From contig NC_087436.1 of NCBI RefSeq assembly GCF_036321535.1, forward strand, positions 23,066,001 to 23,130,000: DNA of 64,000 nt. The letters are read 5' to 3'. Below the pieces are notes generated by a model that was not told where the DNA came from, made no database searches, and saw only the letters and a program-made list of their open reading frames with translations. Positions 13,690 to 26,997 of this stretch are shown one piece after another (position 1 is the first letter of the stretch; the number at the start of each line of letters is the position of its first letter). The stretch comes from Camelus dromedarius. Taxonomy: Eukaryota. The position numbers and the translations under genes were made by a program.

Positions 13690-14990
13690 GGAGCTCTGCC
13701 CCTGGCGTTATCTTCTCTCTCTGCAGTCTCTAGAAAACCTCATCTACTCACGTGGTTTAAAATACCTTCGTTATGGTGAAGCCTCCGAAATTTAATGATA
13801 GTCATGGCCTCGCCTCTAAACTCCAGACTCCTATATCTGGCTGCCAATTGCCGTCTCCCTTGGACATCTTACAGGCAGCTCAAACACAGCATACACAAAA
13901 CTGAACTTTGATCTATCCCCACCTGTTCGTCCTCCAGTTTCTCCAGCTCAGTAAGTGGTACCCATGTTGCTCAATACATATGGGAGTTACTTCCTCCTTT
14001 CTCTTATATCCTCCTTCTAAAATATTATTTCAATGCATCATCAGAAAGAAGACAAATAACAAATGTTGGCAAAGATGTGGAGAAATGGGAACCCTTGTAC
14101 AGTGTTGGTGGGAATGTAAGTTGGTGCAGCCACTGTGGAAAACAGGATGGAGGTTTCTCAAAAAAAAATCAAAAATAGAACTACCATGTGACCCAGCAGT
14201 TCCACTCTTGGGTATATATCCAAAGGAACCAAAAACACTAACTCAAAAAGATACATGCACTCCAATGTTCATAGCAGCACTATTTACAATTGCCAAGACA
14301 TGGAAGCAACCTAAGTGTCCAACAGATGAATAGATAAAGAAGGTGTGAGATATAGATATAAATATAGATAGTTATATAGATAGATAGATATCTCCAGTGG
14401 AATACTACTCAGCCATAACAAAGAACAAAATGTTGCCATTTGTAGCAATGTGGATGGCCTTGGAGGGCATTATGCTAAATGAAATAAGTCAGGCAGAGAG
14501 AGATAAATACTATATGATATTGCTTATATGTGTAATCTAAAAAATACAACAAACGAGTGAATATAACATAAAAGAAGCAGACTTACAAACAGAGCACAAA
14601 CTAGTGTTTACCAGTGGGGAGTGGTAGGCAATATGGGGGTAGAGGAATGAGTGGTACAAACTGTGGGTATAAGATAGGCTCAAAGATGTACTGGGAATAT
14701 AGCCAATCTTTTGTAATAACTATAAATGGAAAGTAACCTTTAAAATTGTATAAAAATTAAAAAGTAATAAAAACTTAAAGATTACTTCAGTTTGTCCTCT
14801 TACCTCCATTCCTATTACAACAAGCCGCCACCGTGTTTCACCTCTTTTGCTGCAGTAGTTTCTTCTGGATTACCTCTACCCTTTGTCATACCAATCTGTT
14901 CTTCACTTAACAGCAAGAATTATCTTTTAAAATATTAAGCAGATCATATTACTCCCTGTTTAAATTCTCTCAATGTCTTTACAATGCATG
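13690..14990. mobile_element. L2 LINE fragment split by an L1 insertion
   Basis: L2-like segments (ctccagactcctatatct...ccttggacatct...caaaactgaact; cagcaagaattatcttttaaaa...agatcat) on both sides of the L1. Confidence 0.55.
14033..14780 (+). mobile_element. LINE-1 ORF2 C-terminus and 3' UTR
   Basis: ORF 13908..14333 contains NKCWQRCGE...[13 protein letters not shown]...[23 protein letters not shown]. Ends in an A-rich tail. Confidence 0.9.
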
Positions 14991-15957
14991 AAACCAAGAA
15001 AGAAAATGTGTCAAGTAGGTATTATACTACTGTGTCAAATGGACTAAGAGGTTTTTTCTTTTCATCTGTAAAACAAGAATAGTAATATTTACATCAAAGA
15101 GTTGTCGTTAAGAATTCAGTAGAGGCCATTGTTATTTTTGCATGAGTTTTGTATTAGCTTTCTCAGGGGAGAAGATAAATTTTAGTAAATATTTATATTA
15201 TTAATAGTTACTTTGCCCAATTAGTACTATCTATAGGGAACCTTCTAAATGTTTCAGTGACAGCATTTTGATTTGTATTATTACGGCCTCAAAGTAAAGC
15301 CTCTGCCTTGATTAAAGGACACATTCCTGCTTTTAAAAATTATCAAACAAACCAAGTTCAATAAAAACCTAGGACAGAGTAAAGAACAATTCCAAATGCC
15401 TTCAGATCACTTTTTTAAGTTTTAAAATGGAAAATGATTAGATACTGTGGTTGATGCAATGTCACATCATGGAAGTGGAACCATTTTTGGCAAATCTCTA
15501 TTTTTATTGATCTGACCTCGTCTTTGCCTCGAGCTGTGCAGGACAGTCAATTTCCAAAATAGCATCATGAATTCAGCAGCCCATAGTTACAGCAGTCCCC
15601 ACAGCCCTTTTTTCTTTCAATTCACACATTCCGATTTAGAAAACACCATGGCGAGAATGAATCCATGAAATCTGCTGAGGCTGGTAGCTGAGAAGACAGG
15701 TGTGAAGGTGGGAATTTGCAGGTGCTGTGAGCTATTGCTCTAGAACTCTAAGTCAGCTCTTATCTGTGCCTCCTTTCTGTACCAGGCCTATCTGAGAGTA
15801 ATAAAACCACTCCATGATGAGCTCTTTGGTTGGCTTACCATTTAGTTGTGAGCTGAAATTTTTGGCTTCTTGTGAGCTGAACTGATTCCTGGACTATTGC
15901 CCAAAAAACAAGAAGGAGGAGGAGGAGGAGATTATATATCTACAATATAGCTCTCAC

Positions 15958-16410
15958 TTTTTAAATTTTTTAATTTTATATACAAGTTTTAAAGGTTACA
16001 TTCCATTTACAGTTACTACAAAATATTGTCCATATTCCCTGTGCTGTACAATGTATCCTTGAGCCTGTCTTACATCCAATGGTTTGTACCTCCCACTCAC
16101 CCACCCCTGTATTGCCCCCCTCCTCCCTACTGGTAACCACTAGTTTGTTCTCTATATCTGTGAGTCTGCTTCTTTTTTGTTATATTCACTCATTTGTTGT
16201 ATTTTTTAGATTCTACATGTAAATGATATTGTACAGTATTTGTCTCTCTCTGTCTGACATTTTTTTTTTAGTATAATGCCCTCCAAGTCCATCTACATTG
16301 CTGCAAAAGGCAAAATTTCCTTCTTTTTTATGGCTGAGTAGTATTCTGTTGTAGTAGTATTCTATATATGTATATATCTTCTTTATCCATTAATCTTTTG
16401 ACGGACACTT
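15958..16410 (-). mobile_element. LINE-1 3' end
   Basis: Reverse complement of the same 3' UTR as 14500-14780 (ggtaaccactagtttgttctctatatctgtgagtctg). Confidence 0.85.
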
Positions 16411-17402
16411 CCATATCCTTAGCTCTTTTAGCTTTCATTTCACCTCAAAGTAGTGAATTCTCCCATTTAGTACATACTTGTACTAAATATACAATAAGCA
16501 GACTTTCTTTTTGATTAAGCAAAAAGTTTTTAAATAGAAAACAACAATTTGAAACGTTATGAAAAAAGAAAGACTTGCAACTTCATTTCTCAGTGGTAAT
16601 TCGATAAACTACTTATTGAGAACACACCCTGTATGAGGGAGGCACTGTGCTAGGTTGGCATCAACCTATACATGAATAAACTATAACAGCTGAAAAAGAC
16701 TCTAAGATATCTAATCCAAACTCTCATTTTATGGGCAATTAAACTTCAGCCCTAGAGGAGAAAGTGACTTATACCAAGTAACATGTGTAGTTACTTATAG
16801 CTGAGACTAGAATACAATCTCCTAAAGAGTAAGACAGGCTCCCACTTCTCATAAATATAACTTTAAGTATATAATTTTCTCATTGTAAAAGTGATGCTTA
16901 AGGAGAGCACTGAGTAAAAAGAGTGGGTTGAACACATGAAATAACTTCCAGTCCCTCCTAAAACCCCACATAAACTATAGCAAAGGGATTTTGTGAGGCA
17001 TGAACTAACATGGATGGGTAAAATGTAAGAAGAGACAGTAACAAAATTTGGGCAACTGGGAAAAAAGGGAATAAAGAGTTGATGACTTAATGGACCTAAA
17101 AATCAGACCAAACCCTTTTGTCTGGCTGGGCATGTTGTGTCCTGTCCAAATCCAGTGGCCACTGCTCACTGACTCCAGAATGAAAGCTTCTTCTTGGTGA
17201 TGCTGAGTGCAGCCTGGACTACAGCAAGCCACAGCCCTGCTGAGAAAGCAAGTGCACAGCAGCCGTGAGGAAGGGGAGAACCATCCCGGTTTGCATCAAA
17301 AATTCCCCAAGGCTCAGGGATGGAAGGTACCAGATGATGGCTCTGGAGAGGAGGATAAATGGGAAGGAAGTGCACACACACAAAATAAGGATGGACTATA
17401 AG

Positions 17403-17450
17403 TACAGATACAGATACAGATACAGATACAGATACAGATATACAGATATA
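17403..17450. repeat. (TACAGA)n hexamer repeat
   Basis: Read directly. It produces the YRYRYR and VSVSVS ORF artefacts. Confidence 0.95.
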
Positions 17451-18431
17451 GGTATTCAGCCAGCCTAGAATGTATAAGGTGTGAGGCAGGGATCCAGTTA
17501 CACTCTTATCTAAATGACTGGTTTTATGGAATATTTGTTGAATATCCACCATTTTCAAGTACTAAATATGACTATCTTCCAAGATCTGCTTCCAGTGTTT
17601 TATTCTAGCCATTGACCTGTCTACATTACTATGAACTTCGTACACTTGTGGGTCTAGGAAACATATCAGATCTCAGTCTTTAGGTTGGGTCTATCCCTGT
17701 GAAACACCTCATTTCTCTAAAACGAATTCTTAAGACTCGAGTTCTTTGCTAGTTCTCTGTTGTCTCCTCTTAAACATCTGAAGAGTTTACTGTCCCTCAT
17801 GAAACTCATATATTTTTCTTAACTGCATCTCAACATGAAATAAATTATCTCAGTGATTATGAGAGCAAAAGTATGATAATTATCAGCATTCTTTAGTCCT
17901 TAGATATTTTGTTGGTCTTTTAATTGTGTGTTTCGTCTGTAAGGTAATGGAACATACAAGATCTGCTGGTTTTAAAGCTGCCTTTTAAGCAGCTGAGCTC
18001 CCCAGCCTCCCCTGTTCATACTCCCTAGCTTGCCTCTGCATCCCAGTCATAGTTAAATACAGTCTGATGTCTATCTGCACAAGACTGCCTATCACCTCCA
18101 GTCATCTGTAATGCTATTGCTAGTGCTTAAGAGATGCATCCTTCTCATTCGTCTGGCTAAGTTATCCTATAGGAGTTTGTTTAAATATCACACCCTTGGG
18201 AAGCCTTCTTTGCCTCAGCAAATAGTTATGTATGCCCCTTACCTTCTGCTATAATACCAGGTACATTTTCCAGGAAAGTGCTTATCCCGTTGGGTTGTAA
18301 TTGACAAGTCAGTGGACTGCCTGCCCACTGGATAGTAAGTTCCTTGGGGACCGGAATTCTCTCACTCTTACCTATATCCCTACAGTTAGCACAATCCTTA
18401 GCACATAGCAGGGACTCGATAGTTGTGTCTT

Positions 18432-18830
18432 GACCAGAAAGAGAAAGAAAAATACCATATGATATCACTTACATGCGGGATCGAAAAAAAGAGACGCAAA
18501 TGAACTTACTTACAAAACAGAGACTTACAGACATAGAGAGCAAACTTACGGTTACTGGAGGGGAAAAGGGTGGGAAGGGACACATTGGGGGTTCGAGATT
18601 TGCAGACACTAACTACTGTATATAAAATAGATAAACAATAAGTTTATACTGTATAGTACAGGGAATTATATTCAATATCTTGTCACAACCTATACGGAAA
18701 ATTGAAAAGGAATATACGTATGTATGTGCATGACTGAAACATTATGCTGTACACCAGAAATTGACACAACATTGTAAACTGACTAGATTTTAGTTTAGGA
18801 GTAAAACTGAATTTTTTTTTAAAGAAAAGA
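18432..18830 (+). mobile_element. LINE-1 3' end (young type)
   Basis: ccagaaagagaaagaaaaataccatatgatatcactt...caccagaaattgacacaacattgtaaactgac. Confidence 0.85.
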
Positions 18831-18849
18831 AAGTGATTATAAATCCCAA

Positions 18850-19770
18850 ACTTGAGACAATTCTTATTAGTATTTTTGGCTTTTCTGCTTCTGGCTAACT
18901 TTCTCTGTCGACTTCACTGTACATAAAGCTGTGAATACTTCTATTTTCCCTTAACAGCATACCGTGAACATTTTCTTCTGTAACTACAAACTCTTTGGAA
19001 CCATCACTTTAACGATTATAACCAGGAGACTGTCTTTTAGAAGTGACCTAGTTTACGAGATTTTTTTTTATTGTTGGGCTTTGTTATTTGCAGTGTTTTG
19101 CTGCTGTTCTTTATTCCTTAAATGAATATTCTTGAAGCTCTTATTATATTCTCTACAAAACATTCTGGAAATGAAGTTACTGGGTGAAAATTTCACATCT
19201 GAGTACAGTTGATCACAGTACTTCCCTCAGTATACCCTGAACTGTAATACACTCTTTTTTAAAGAGTGAAAATTTCATAAACAAAAAGGAGTTGCTCGTT
19301 TTTACCTGATGTTTATTGGTCATTTATGTTACACTCTTCTGTGAATGGTGTAACAGTAACCTTTACCCATTTTTCTAACTAAGAGTTGGATTCAGTTTTT
19401 CTCGTTTATTTAAAAGCTCTCTATATGTTAAGAATATAATCCTCTGTGAATTTGTTTTACAAATATTCCTGGTGTGATATATGCCTTTGAGCTTATTTTT
19501 CATGTTTTTTATGTTTCTAAATTTTCACACACATTTATCAATCTTTTCTTCTGTGGCTTGATCAATCGTTTTTCCAAACAGAAATTCCTGCCCTACTTAG
19601 AGATATTAGAGCTACTGTTTCCTACTTAGGTATATACTTGTAAGATACATTTTCTTCTAGCTTCATTAGTTTATTTTGTTTACATTTAACTTTTTATTTA
19701 GAATTTATTTGGGGGCATAGAGAGAAAAGGCTCTAACTAGATTTTTTTTTCAAATTAGCCAGTTTTCCTA
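18850..19770 (-). mobile_element. Ancient L1M fragment
   Basis: Degraded T-rich antisense ORF2-like sequence (tttacccatttttct, tttacaaatatt, tttatcaatcttttctt, agccagttttcc). Confidence 0.5.
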
Positions 19771-19880
19771 ATTCCTTCTCTTGGGCTTCAGTGAAATATT
19801 ATTAAAGGCAATTGTATTGAAATCATCAGCCTCTGAAGACACAGCTCTATGTTCACTGTGAACTTTGCTTTTCCCCCCAG

Positions 19881-19999
19881 GTGAGCAGGAGGCAGCGGTA
19901 AGCAGTGATTCTGACATCTCACTGATTATGGCGATGGAGGTTGGACTTTCTGATGTAGAACTTTCCACTGACCAAGACTGCGAGGAGGTGAAATCCTGA
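19881..19999 (+). CDS. RNF150: RING finger protein 150 (PA-TM-RING E3 ligase), last coding exon
   Basis: The acceptor ctttgcttttccccccAG ends at 19880. After 2 nt (phase 1) the frame reads EQEAAVSSDSDISLIMAMEVGLSDVELSTDQDCEEVKS-TGA (stop 19997-19999). This matches the mammalian RNF150 C-terminus as I recall it (human ...NSEQEPAVSSDSDISLIMAMEVGLSDVELSTDQDCEEVKS). It is absent from the ORF track, which shows only its antisense shadow 19768..20118. Confidence 0.95.
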
Positions 20000-22824
20000 A
20001 ATGGCAGATCTGGAAGAAAGGGATGGTGGGACCCCAGGGGAAGGAAGGGAGAAGCGCCCCAAAGTTGGACGAGGCACACGCACCTCCAGAGCACTTTGAC
20101 AACTCCAGGGCGCTCCACTCAAGAAAGGTACCGAAAAGCAATATCCAAAGTCACGTTCATCAGGATGCAGTTTCTCCATCTCCTCAACAGCCCATGGCCT
20201 TGGCACCTTGGAAGCTGAAAGCTGATTTTCTCTCCCATGTCTTGTAGACACACACTTTGGAAGTTCCTAAAACAGACTGAAGGGACACTTTTAGGGCTTC
20301 TTAGTTTCATTTCAGTTTTTTTTTTCCAGATCTTGTTTTCCTATTTGGGGAATGTTGTTGATTTCTTGGTAGTTTCTTTTTAAGGTCTGTGTGTAGTTTA
20401 CTTTATGTCCACTCCTTTGTTCTCCCTTTGATTCACTCCAGCTTTTGTACAGAGTTCTGTTTGGAAGCACCAGCCCCATTTGTGTTCCATCTCTGAGATT
20501 AACGGCCTTGACCTCTCAGCATGAAGTGTGCATGGCTTTGGGAAGTGCCTCGGCACCCTGAAAGAGTCTAAGGCCAGCTTTCGTTTAGAATCTAAATTCT
20601 TTCACATGGATCTTGAAAATCCCAGCTGCCAGAGACCCCCAACACCAAGCTCTGAATCTGCTGAGGCCACTCCTCGTTTTTTTTTTTTTTTTCAGCTCCT
20701 TCTTGCTGGCTTCCACTTGCCAGGTTCAGTTAGGGACCCACGTGACGTGAGAAGGCAGTTCTAGGGGGCATTTCAATTCATCTGAGCCTTACAGTCTTTG
20801 GCTGAAATTCTGAACTCACAAGGCCCCTCCAGGGCATTAGCACCTTTCTTTGTGACTGTACGGCTTGTCGGTTGCTGGGACTGCAAACCCGGTTTTAAAA
20901 CCAGATACCACACGCTCTTCCTGAAAGCAAAGGATCTGTTGCACTGGTTTCCCCAAGGCTACTACAGTCTTCTTTTGTTACCTCCACGAGTGGGTTCTGC
21001 AGGAGATGGAAGTTTTAGAAAAGATCCAGTCATCTTTGGATCCAACAGAGCAGGGGCTGCAGCAGCACTCAGGTCTTCCCTTCATTCCAGCACACTTCTG
21101 GTAAACCTCACCAGACCTTGAAGGATTTAGGTAAATCCTTAGGAGGTTGCTTCCCGGGGCACCCCTGAGTGCGTCTGGATACCAAGTTAGGGGGAGGTGT
21201 GATTTGATAAACGATTTGATCTAAAAAGTTCAGCACAGGAATTGTTGAAGTCAAGTTTCTCCTGATTGAGAGAGAGAAAGTCAGAAGGAAAGGAAAGGGG
21301 GCATCAAAGGAATTCTAAAACCCATGGGTGTTTTTAAACTGTTTATGTTGTTATTCTTTTTTTGTAACTATGACAGAGATGTGCTATTTTTTCAGTGGGA
21401 AATTTTGTAATACATTTAGACTCTCCAGATGCAGAGATGACTAAGGCAGGGTGACTCGTTTCTCTGGACCATCAGAGGGGTCACCTCGTCATCTGTGAAA
21501 AGCCATGCCGCTGTGTGGGTTCCCTAGGAAAGAAAGCTTCTCTCGCCGAGGTATTTACGTATTTGAGGAGGCCCTTCCACCTCGCTACACTCATACTCAT
21601 CTAAAAACAGAGTTTGGTTCTGCTGGAAAAACCCCGCTGCCTGCAGAAACATTTCCGTGTACATCACGGGAACCCACTGGTGGCTCTTTTACCACCAGCT
21701 TTAACGAGTTCCTATTTGATGCTTTCTAAGTAGGCAGCAAGGCAAGGAAAATGATTATCACCTTCAGAAATGTCACATCTCGCTAGGAGTCCAATACTTC
21801 CTGTAATGAAATCCAGGATCTACAGCCAGGGAGGAAGGAAGACAGCACCGAATCTGGAGTCAGGAGGGCTAGACTTCTCCATCTGCAAAGCGAGGGAGTT
21901 TAACAAGATTATGCCCAAGGCTCTTTCTGGTCTTAGGACCACTAATGAGCATGTTGCCAGGAGGATCTGTTTTGTGCTGATGGTGATGACATATAGCAGA
22001 CTTTCTACCTTGGGGAGGCAGAGTTTCTTGACATGTAACAGAAACAAACAGCCTTTGAGATCTGGCACTCCTGTGTTGCTGAGAAGGACTGTCCAAATGA
22101 CTGGCGTTTTAAGTCCAAGTAGGAGTCGTTTGGTTTTGCCTTGGCTTAAAACCCCACGTAGTCACAGAGTTTGCCATCTCTGGATACCTTCAAATCCTAG
22201 TTCTCAGGGTGGAATTCTTCATCTCAAAATACTTCTTTTTCTCGGTCAGCAAAGGCCTGCACCACCTACCCCGCCTTCAGTAGCTTTGCCCAAAACAAAA
22301 GTTGGTATTAACTTAAGTCAAGTGGAATTAGAAGAAGAAATCAACAGTAAAAGACATGTGGTATTCTATGCCCAAAGAGAAAATGCCTTTTGGATTGATG
22401 GGTGTCAGCTCCTCCTGCCGGGGACCAGGTGAAGCAGGAGTTGGCTGTGTATGTGCTGTGGCTGCGGCAGCCCCTGTAGGATGCTGCGTAGATGATGAGA
22501 GACCCAGGAGGCCGATCTGAGGCCTGTGGGCCTGACCCCAAGGAGGTGCTGCTGCAAACTCCCTGAGCCTAGAAGCTTCTCCTTTAACGAAAGTTTGTTT
22601 CTGAAGAGTTTTCCTGTGGTTTTGGTAGTTTAAAAATAAAATGTTAATTGGTATGGAAGGGTTCCAAAAAAAAAAAAAAGGAAACAGCCCTTTCCCCACA
22701 GCCTTCTTCAGCACCTTCCCCCAAAGAAGAAACTCTGCCCTGGGGCCCTGCAGCTCCCAGACAGTGCGGGAACCCCCTCAAAGAATGTGCAGATTTGATG
22801 TGTATTTCCCCGTAGTGTCTAGAC

Positions 22825-23117
22825 CAGCCCAGTCCAATAGAAATAGAGTGCAAGTCACATATCCAAGTTTAAACTTTCTGCTGGCCACACTGCAAAAAGC
22901 GAGCCGAAACAGGTAAAAGCAATTTTAATAATACATGTATTTAACCCAATATTATTATTGTTTCCACATGTTATGAATTACTTGACATTCTTTTTTTGTG
23001 CTACGTCATCTAGATGCAACAGGTGTCTTACACTCACACACATCTCTGTTTGGACTTGCAATTTCTCCAACAGTTCATAGCTACGTGTGGCTCATGGCTC
23101 CCTACTGGACAGTGTGG
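22825..23117 (+). mobile_element. MER33 (hAT) within the RNF150 3' UTR
   Basis: cagcccagtccaatagaaata...aaacaggt...atttaacccaatat...gtggct...tggacagtgtg matches the recalled MER33 consensus with terminal inverted repeats. Confidence 0.75.
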
Positions 23118-23546
23118 GGCTGGAGCCGCTCCAGGATTCTCGCAAGGTTCCCTGACACTTACAGGGAAAAAAGGTTAAAACTGAATTACCTCCAGAGACA
23201 ACTGGACTCCACCCCAGTGGCCTAATGAGAGGCCCCCAGGTCCATTTCTTTGATAATGAATAAGCACTCCGGCCACCCTTTTTCAAATTTTTTGCTTGAA
23301 CTTTCTAACTGCAAGACCATGACCATTTACTGTTGCTTCCTTGACTGGTTGTTTTTTTTTAAAAAACACACATGCCATATTGATTTGGTACTGAGACAAA
23401 ATTATATCCCTCCCTTCTCTGACAAACCGTTAGGCTGATGTGTGGCACTCAGAAGCCAAAGAGAATTCTTCCAGACTCTAGTGATCCAACTTGACCCCCG
23501 CTCCCCGTCGGCCTTCTTCCTGATTGGCAGAAGGTCTCCCAGTCCC

Positions 23547-23563
23547 AGTGCCCCCTAGCGCCA
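23547..23563 (-). promoter_or_regulatory. Candidate CTCF binding motif
   Basis: Minus strand reads TGGCGCTAGGGGGCACT, one mismatch to the core CCGCTAGGGGGCAC. Motif match only. Confidence 0.35.
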
Positions 23564-26500
23564 CACCTGTAGCTAAAATGCCCGGATTTGGGAGGGAAAA
23601 GTGGGAAGGTACATCTCCACTCCAAATACAAGACTTTGTGCAGACTTACTGAGAAGCCTTTGGGGCTTGTGACTGTCGGGCCTCTAGTTGGTGAATTGTG
23701 ACCACCTGCAACTCAGACGCCAGCTCTCAGTTGGGAACGGGGCATCTTGCTGTCACCCCCAGGCTGTGGTCAAGAGAAGGAGCATTTCCATTTCCTCCAC
23801 AATAATTTAGTCACCTCTGGGAATCACTACCTCCTGTGTGGCTGGTCCCTTTGGGAAGAACTGAGCCCTGATCATGAATAAAGCATCTAAATATTGATCT
23901 CGTCTCCAGGGTTTGGAGACCTGCCACCCCTAGAATGTCAGCTCCGTCATCCAGGCAGGGAGAGATGGAGAGTTTGGAGAAGGTGGAAAATTAAAAGGAG
24001 CAAAGGCATCTGCCTTTTCTGACATCACACAGTCATGCTCGTGACCATGGAGGCAGATCTCTGTCCAAAGAGGCTTTTTTGTTTGTTTGTTTTGCTTTGA
24101 GCACTTCCCTCATTCTGATGGAAACATCCTGGATGTTCATGCGTCTGGATTTGGTCACCCAAGTACCCAGTGGTACCTTCAGTCAGTGCTTGACGTCCCT
24201 GCAGCTGCCACACATTCAGAACCAAAAATGACGACAGAGAGCCTCACATGGGACTCTTTTAGTCCCCATCGTGTTCATCATATTCAGATGATAATTCTTA
24301 CAGAGGAGGAGAAAAAAAATGGCATTTCGTTGTCCATTGAATGCATCACCTTGACTGAAAACAAAGAAATCTCATTAAATCAAAACTCTTTCTGAAAACC
24401 TGGGATAGAGAGTCACTCCCGCTGTGGAGGGAGGACCCAGCCCTCTGTGGTAAGGTAGAGCCGCTGAGACCGTTTCTGGCAGCATTTTTTTACATGCTCT
24501 CATTTTGATTTCTTTCCCTTTTTTGTCAGGGTGTGTCTCTCTCTATCTCGGGCTCTCCCTGACTGCCCGTCTCTTTCTTTGCACACACACACACACACAA
24601 ATTCTTTTCCCATCTTTCAGGACAGAAAAAAAACAACCCTTAGTGGCCCTGGGTCTGTGGAGTCACCGTGGTTGTGATTGCCATTGTTTTCCGGTGTTAC
24701 TGTTGTCGGTGTTCCTCTTTGTGTTGTGTGGCAGTGTCTGTAGCTGCACTTCTGAGGAGGAGAGTCAGTTTGCTATAAATGAACTTCCCCTGAAATGGAG
24801 TCAGCCTCCTTTTCACTTCTCATGTCACTAATTTTATTACAGACCGCCTCTAGCTATTGCCTCTTTTTTTTTCCCTAAGGCTTCCTTGTCAGAAAAGTCT
24901 CCTACACCAACAATGGCAAGGTAGGGATTGCAGAGTGCTGTCTAATCCATTATCTTCCACCTCCAGCGGCTGTGACCCCCTTAGTTCACCAGCGGCCCCG
25001 GGATTAGGATTTCTTGGGAAAACGTGTGGGCTGAACTGGATCCGATGTCCACCCCTGCTTCCTAACATCTTAGCGCAAGAGCTTGCTCTTCGGAAGTGAT
25101 CTGAGAGGCCACTTCTTCCTTAAGACATAAAAAGAGGCAAAAAGAAAGTATTTCTTTAAAGTGAGAGACAACAACTCTTTGTGCAGCGTCCCGTGTCACA
25201 GAAGTCCCTCATCCATGCTACTCATGTGGCTGGGACTGAAAAGTACATTTGATGATGGCTGTTAAAAGGTGATGAGGATACTGCAGGAAGTCAGAAAAGA
25301 GGATGGCAGGATATGAACCTGGATGCTCACCCCTAGTTTCAAAGCTGGCCTGTTCTTGTTTTTTGGGTTTGGGTTTTTTTTTTTTTTTTGGATGTGTATG
25401 TTTTAAGGAGTTTAATGCTCATGAGTTAAACATTCCTGTTGCAAAGGCAGTTGGGATTACCTGAAAAATAAATTAATTCTGAGAAGCAAGTAGGAGTTCC
25501 TCATCGCTTACGTCTTCCCTTTCCCTGCTCTCCTCCCCATCTCACAAGTCCAAGCCCATTGTAACAGGAATAATAATTTGTGAAGACCCATGAAGCTGTA
25601 GCTACATTGTTCCACTTTGAGCCTTTTTGATGACACTCAGTTAATCATCCCAAAACTCAAGACATGATTCCACATCCTGGATGGAGACCCTAAATTATCT
25701 AGCCCTTTAATTTCCAAACCTGTTCATTCTACTAAGGACCCACTGAGGTCATTCACACCTCTTTACTGCCCTCTGAACTCTGCCTGCCTTGAGTGCTTCA
25801 TAATCAGGTGGCTTCTTCAGGAATCTCCGTGATGCAAGACCTCATCCTTGTGCACCTGTTGATGTTTGCACTTAATTCAAAGCCATTCTCTCTCTGGCCA
25901 CCTGATATTTGTTGAGGATAATGATAAGGCAAGAATATACATCTCTGAAGAGGTTCTGTATGTCTGAAGAGAGGGAGGAGGAAAATCCGTGAAGGGAGCT
26001 CACCCTGAATTATTTAAAGTCATTGCTTGGTAGAATGGCTGTGCTCTTGTCATCCTTCCTGAAGTGAAGGGCTCGGAGGACTACGGAAAATGTGGGGACC
26101 ATGTGTACTATATAAACCAAAGACTGATCACCATCCAAATGGACACATGTTTCTTCCAGCGACTAGTTTAATTTCCTCCCAATGTTCTCATCAGAATAAG
26201 TGAAGGTGGTTTGCTTGGTCCAATCAAACTGTGCATCCTTAGGGGTTTTCTCTTGCAGGCTGGTGACTGACCTTATTAAATCCAGAAATTTAATTTTTAA
26301 AAAAAGCACCATGGCCTTAGTACCATACCATCTTGAAAGTCTAGTGTTTAGTCCCCTTTGCCCTCAAAAGTTTTAGACAAACCTAGCGCTTTATCAAACT
26401 CAGAATATTGTTCTCTTTGAGAATGTGAAGATTTTTAAATAGCCAAAGAATTTTCATGTATAAGAGCTAGTTAATTATAGCATATCCCACTCATTTGAAG

Positions 26501-26991
26501 AAAATACCAAACTATTGCCTGTTGAACTAGCTAGTAGAGTCGTGGAAGAAAGACTCCCAACAGAGGGACTTTTCAGTCTGTGTTTGTGTTGGCGTCTGGT
26601 GGTACCTGGTGTTCAGCTGGATGTTATTGCAAGAGGGCAGGGTGCCCTCTGCTGGAATTATCGCCATTATTCTTTCAGCCAGCTAATTTGACCAGGGTCC
26701 CCATTTCCTCAGCAAGTGGTTATTTATTTGCCTTTCATCATCCACTTTCCTCAGTAGTTGAGAATTTGGTCCACGTTTGTCAAAAAGAGGAAGGGATGTC
26801 ACAAACCCTAAAAAGTTGGAGGAGGACCCCATGGAAGATCTCACTGTCAGCAGCCCCTTTCTTCTGCAAAACGTTGGGAAAATGGTGTTTGCTCTGTTTG
26901 CAAAAGATGATGCCTCTGGCTGGAATTGTGTGCTCTAATTGTTTTGTAACGTATCTCGACCTTTTTTCTTGTCAAATTGCAAAAGAAGATC

Positions 26992-26997
26992 AATAAA
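26992..26997 (+). terminator. Candidate proximal/alternative polyadenylation signal
   Basis: AATAAA followed by U-rich and TGTG sequence. Other AATAAA hexamers occur at 22635, 23877 and 25467. Confidence 0.45.

Larger units (their letters stand above)
1..19880 (+). other. RNF150: RNF150 last intron (3' portion)
   Basis: Lies upstream of the terminal-exon acceptor. I saw no sequence encoding the preceding RNF150 exon (PNADCMDDLP...). The region is repeat-rich. Confidence 0.8.

Noticed and set aside
19768..20310. Cluster of minus-strand ORFs (116, 110, 71, 63 aa)
   Set aside because: Antisense shadows of the RNF150 terminal exon and proximal UTR.
21770..22432. 220-aa ORF, the longest in the track
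   Set aside because: Lies in the RNF150 3' UTR with no recognisable domain or splice context. It is most likely a chance ORF.
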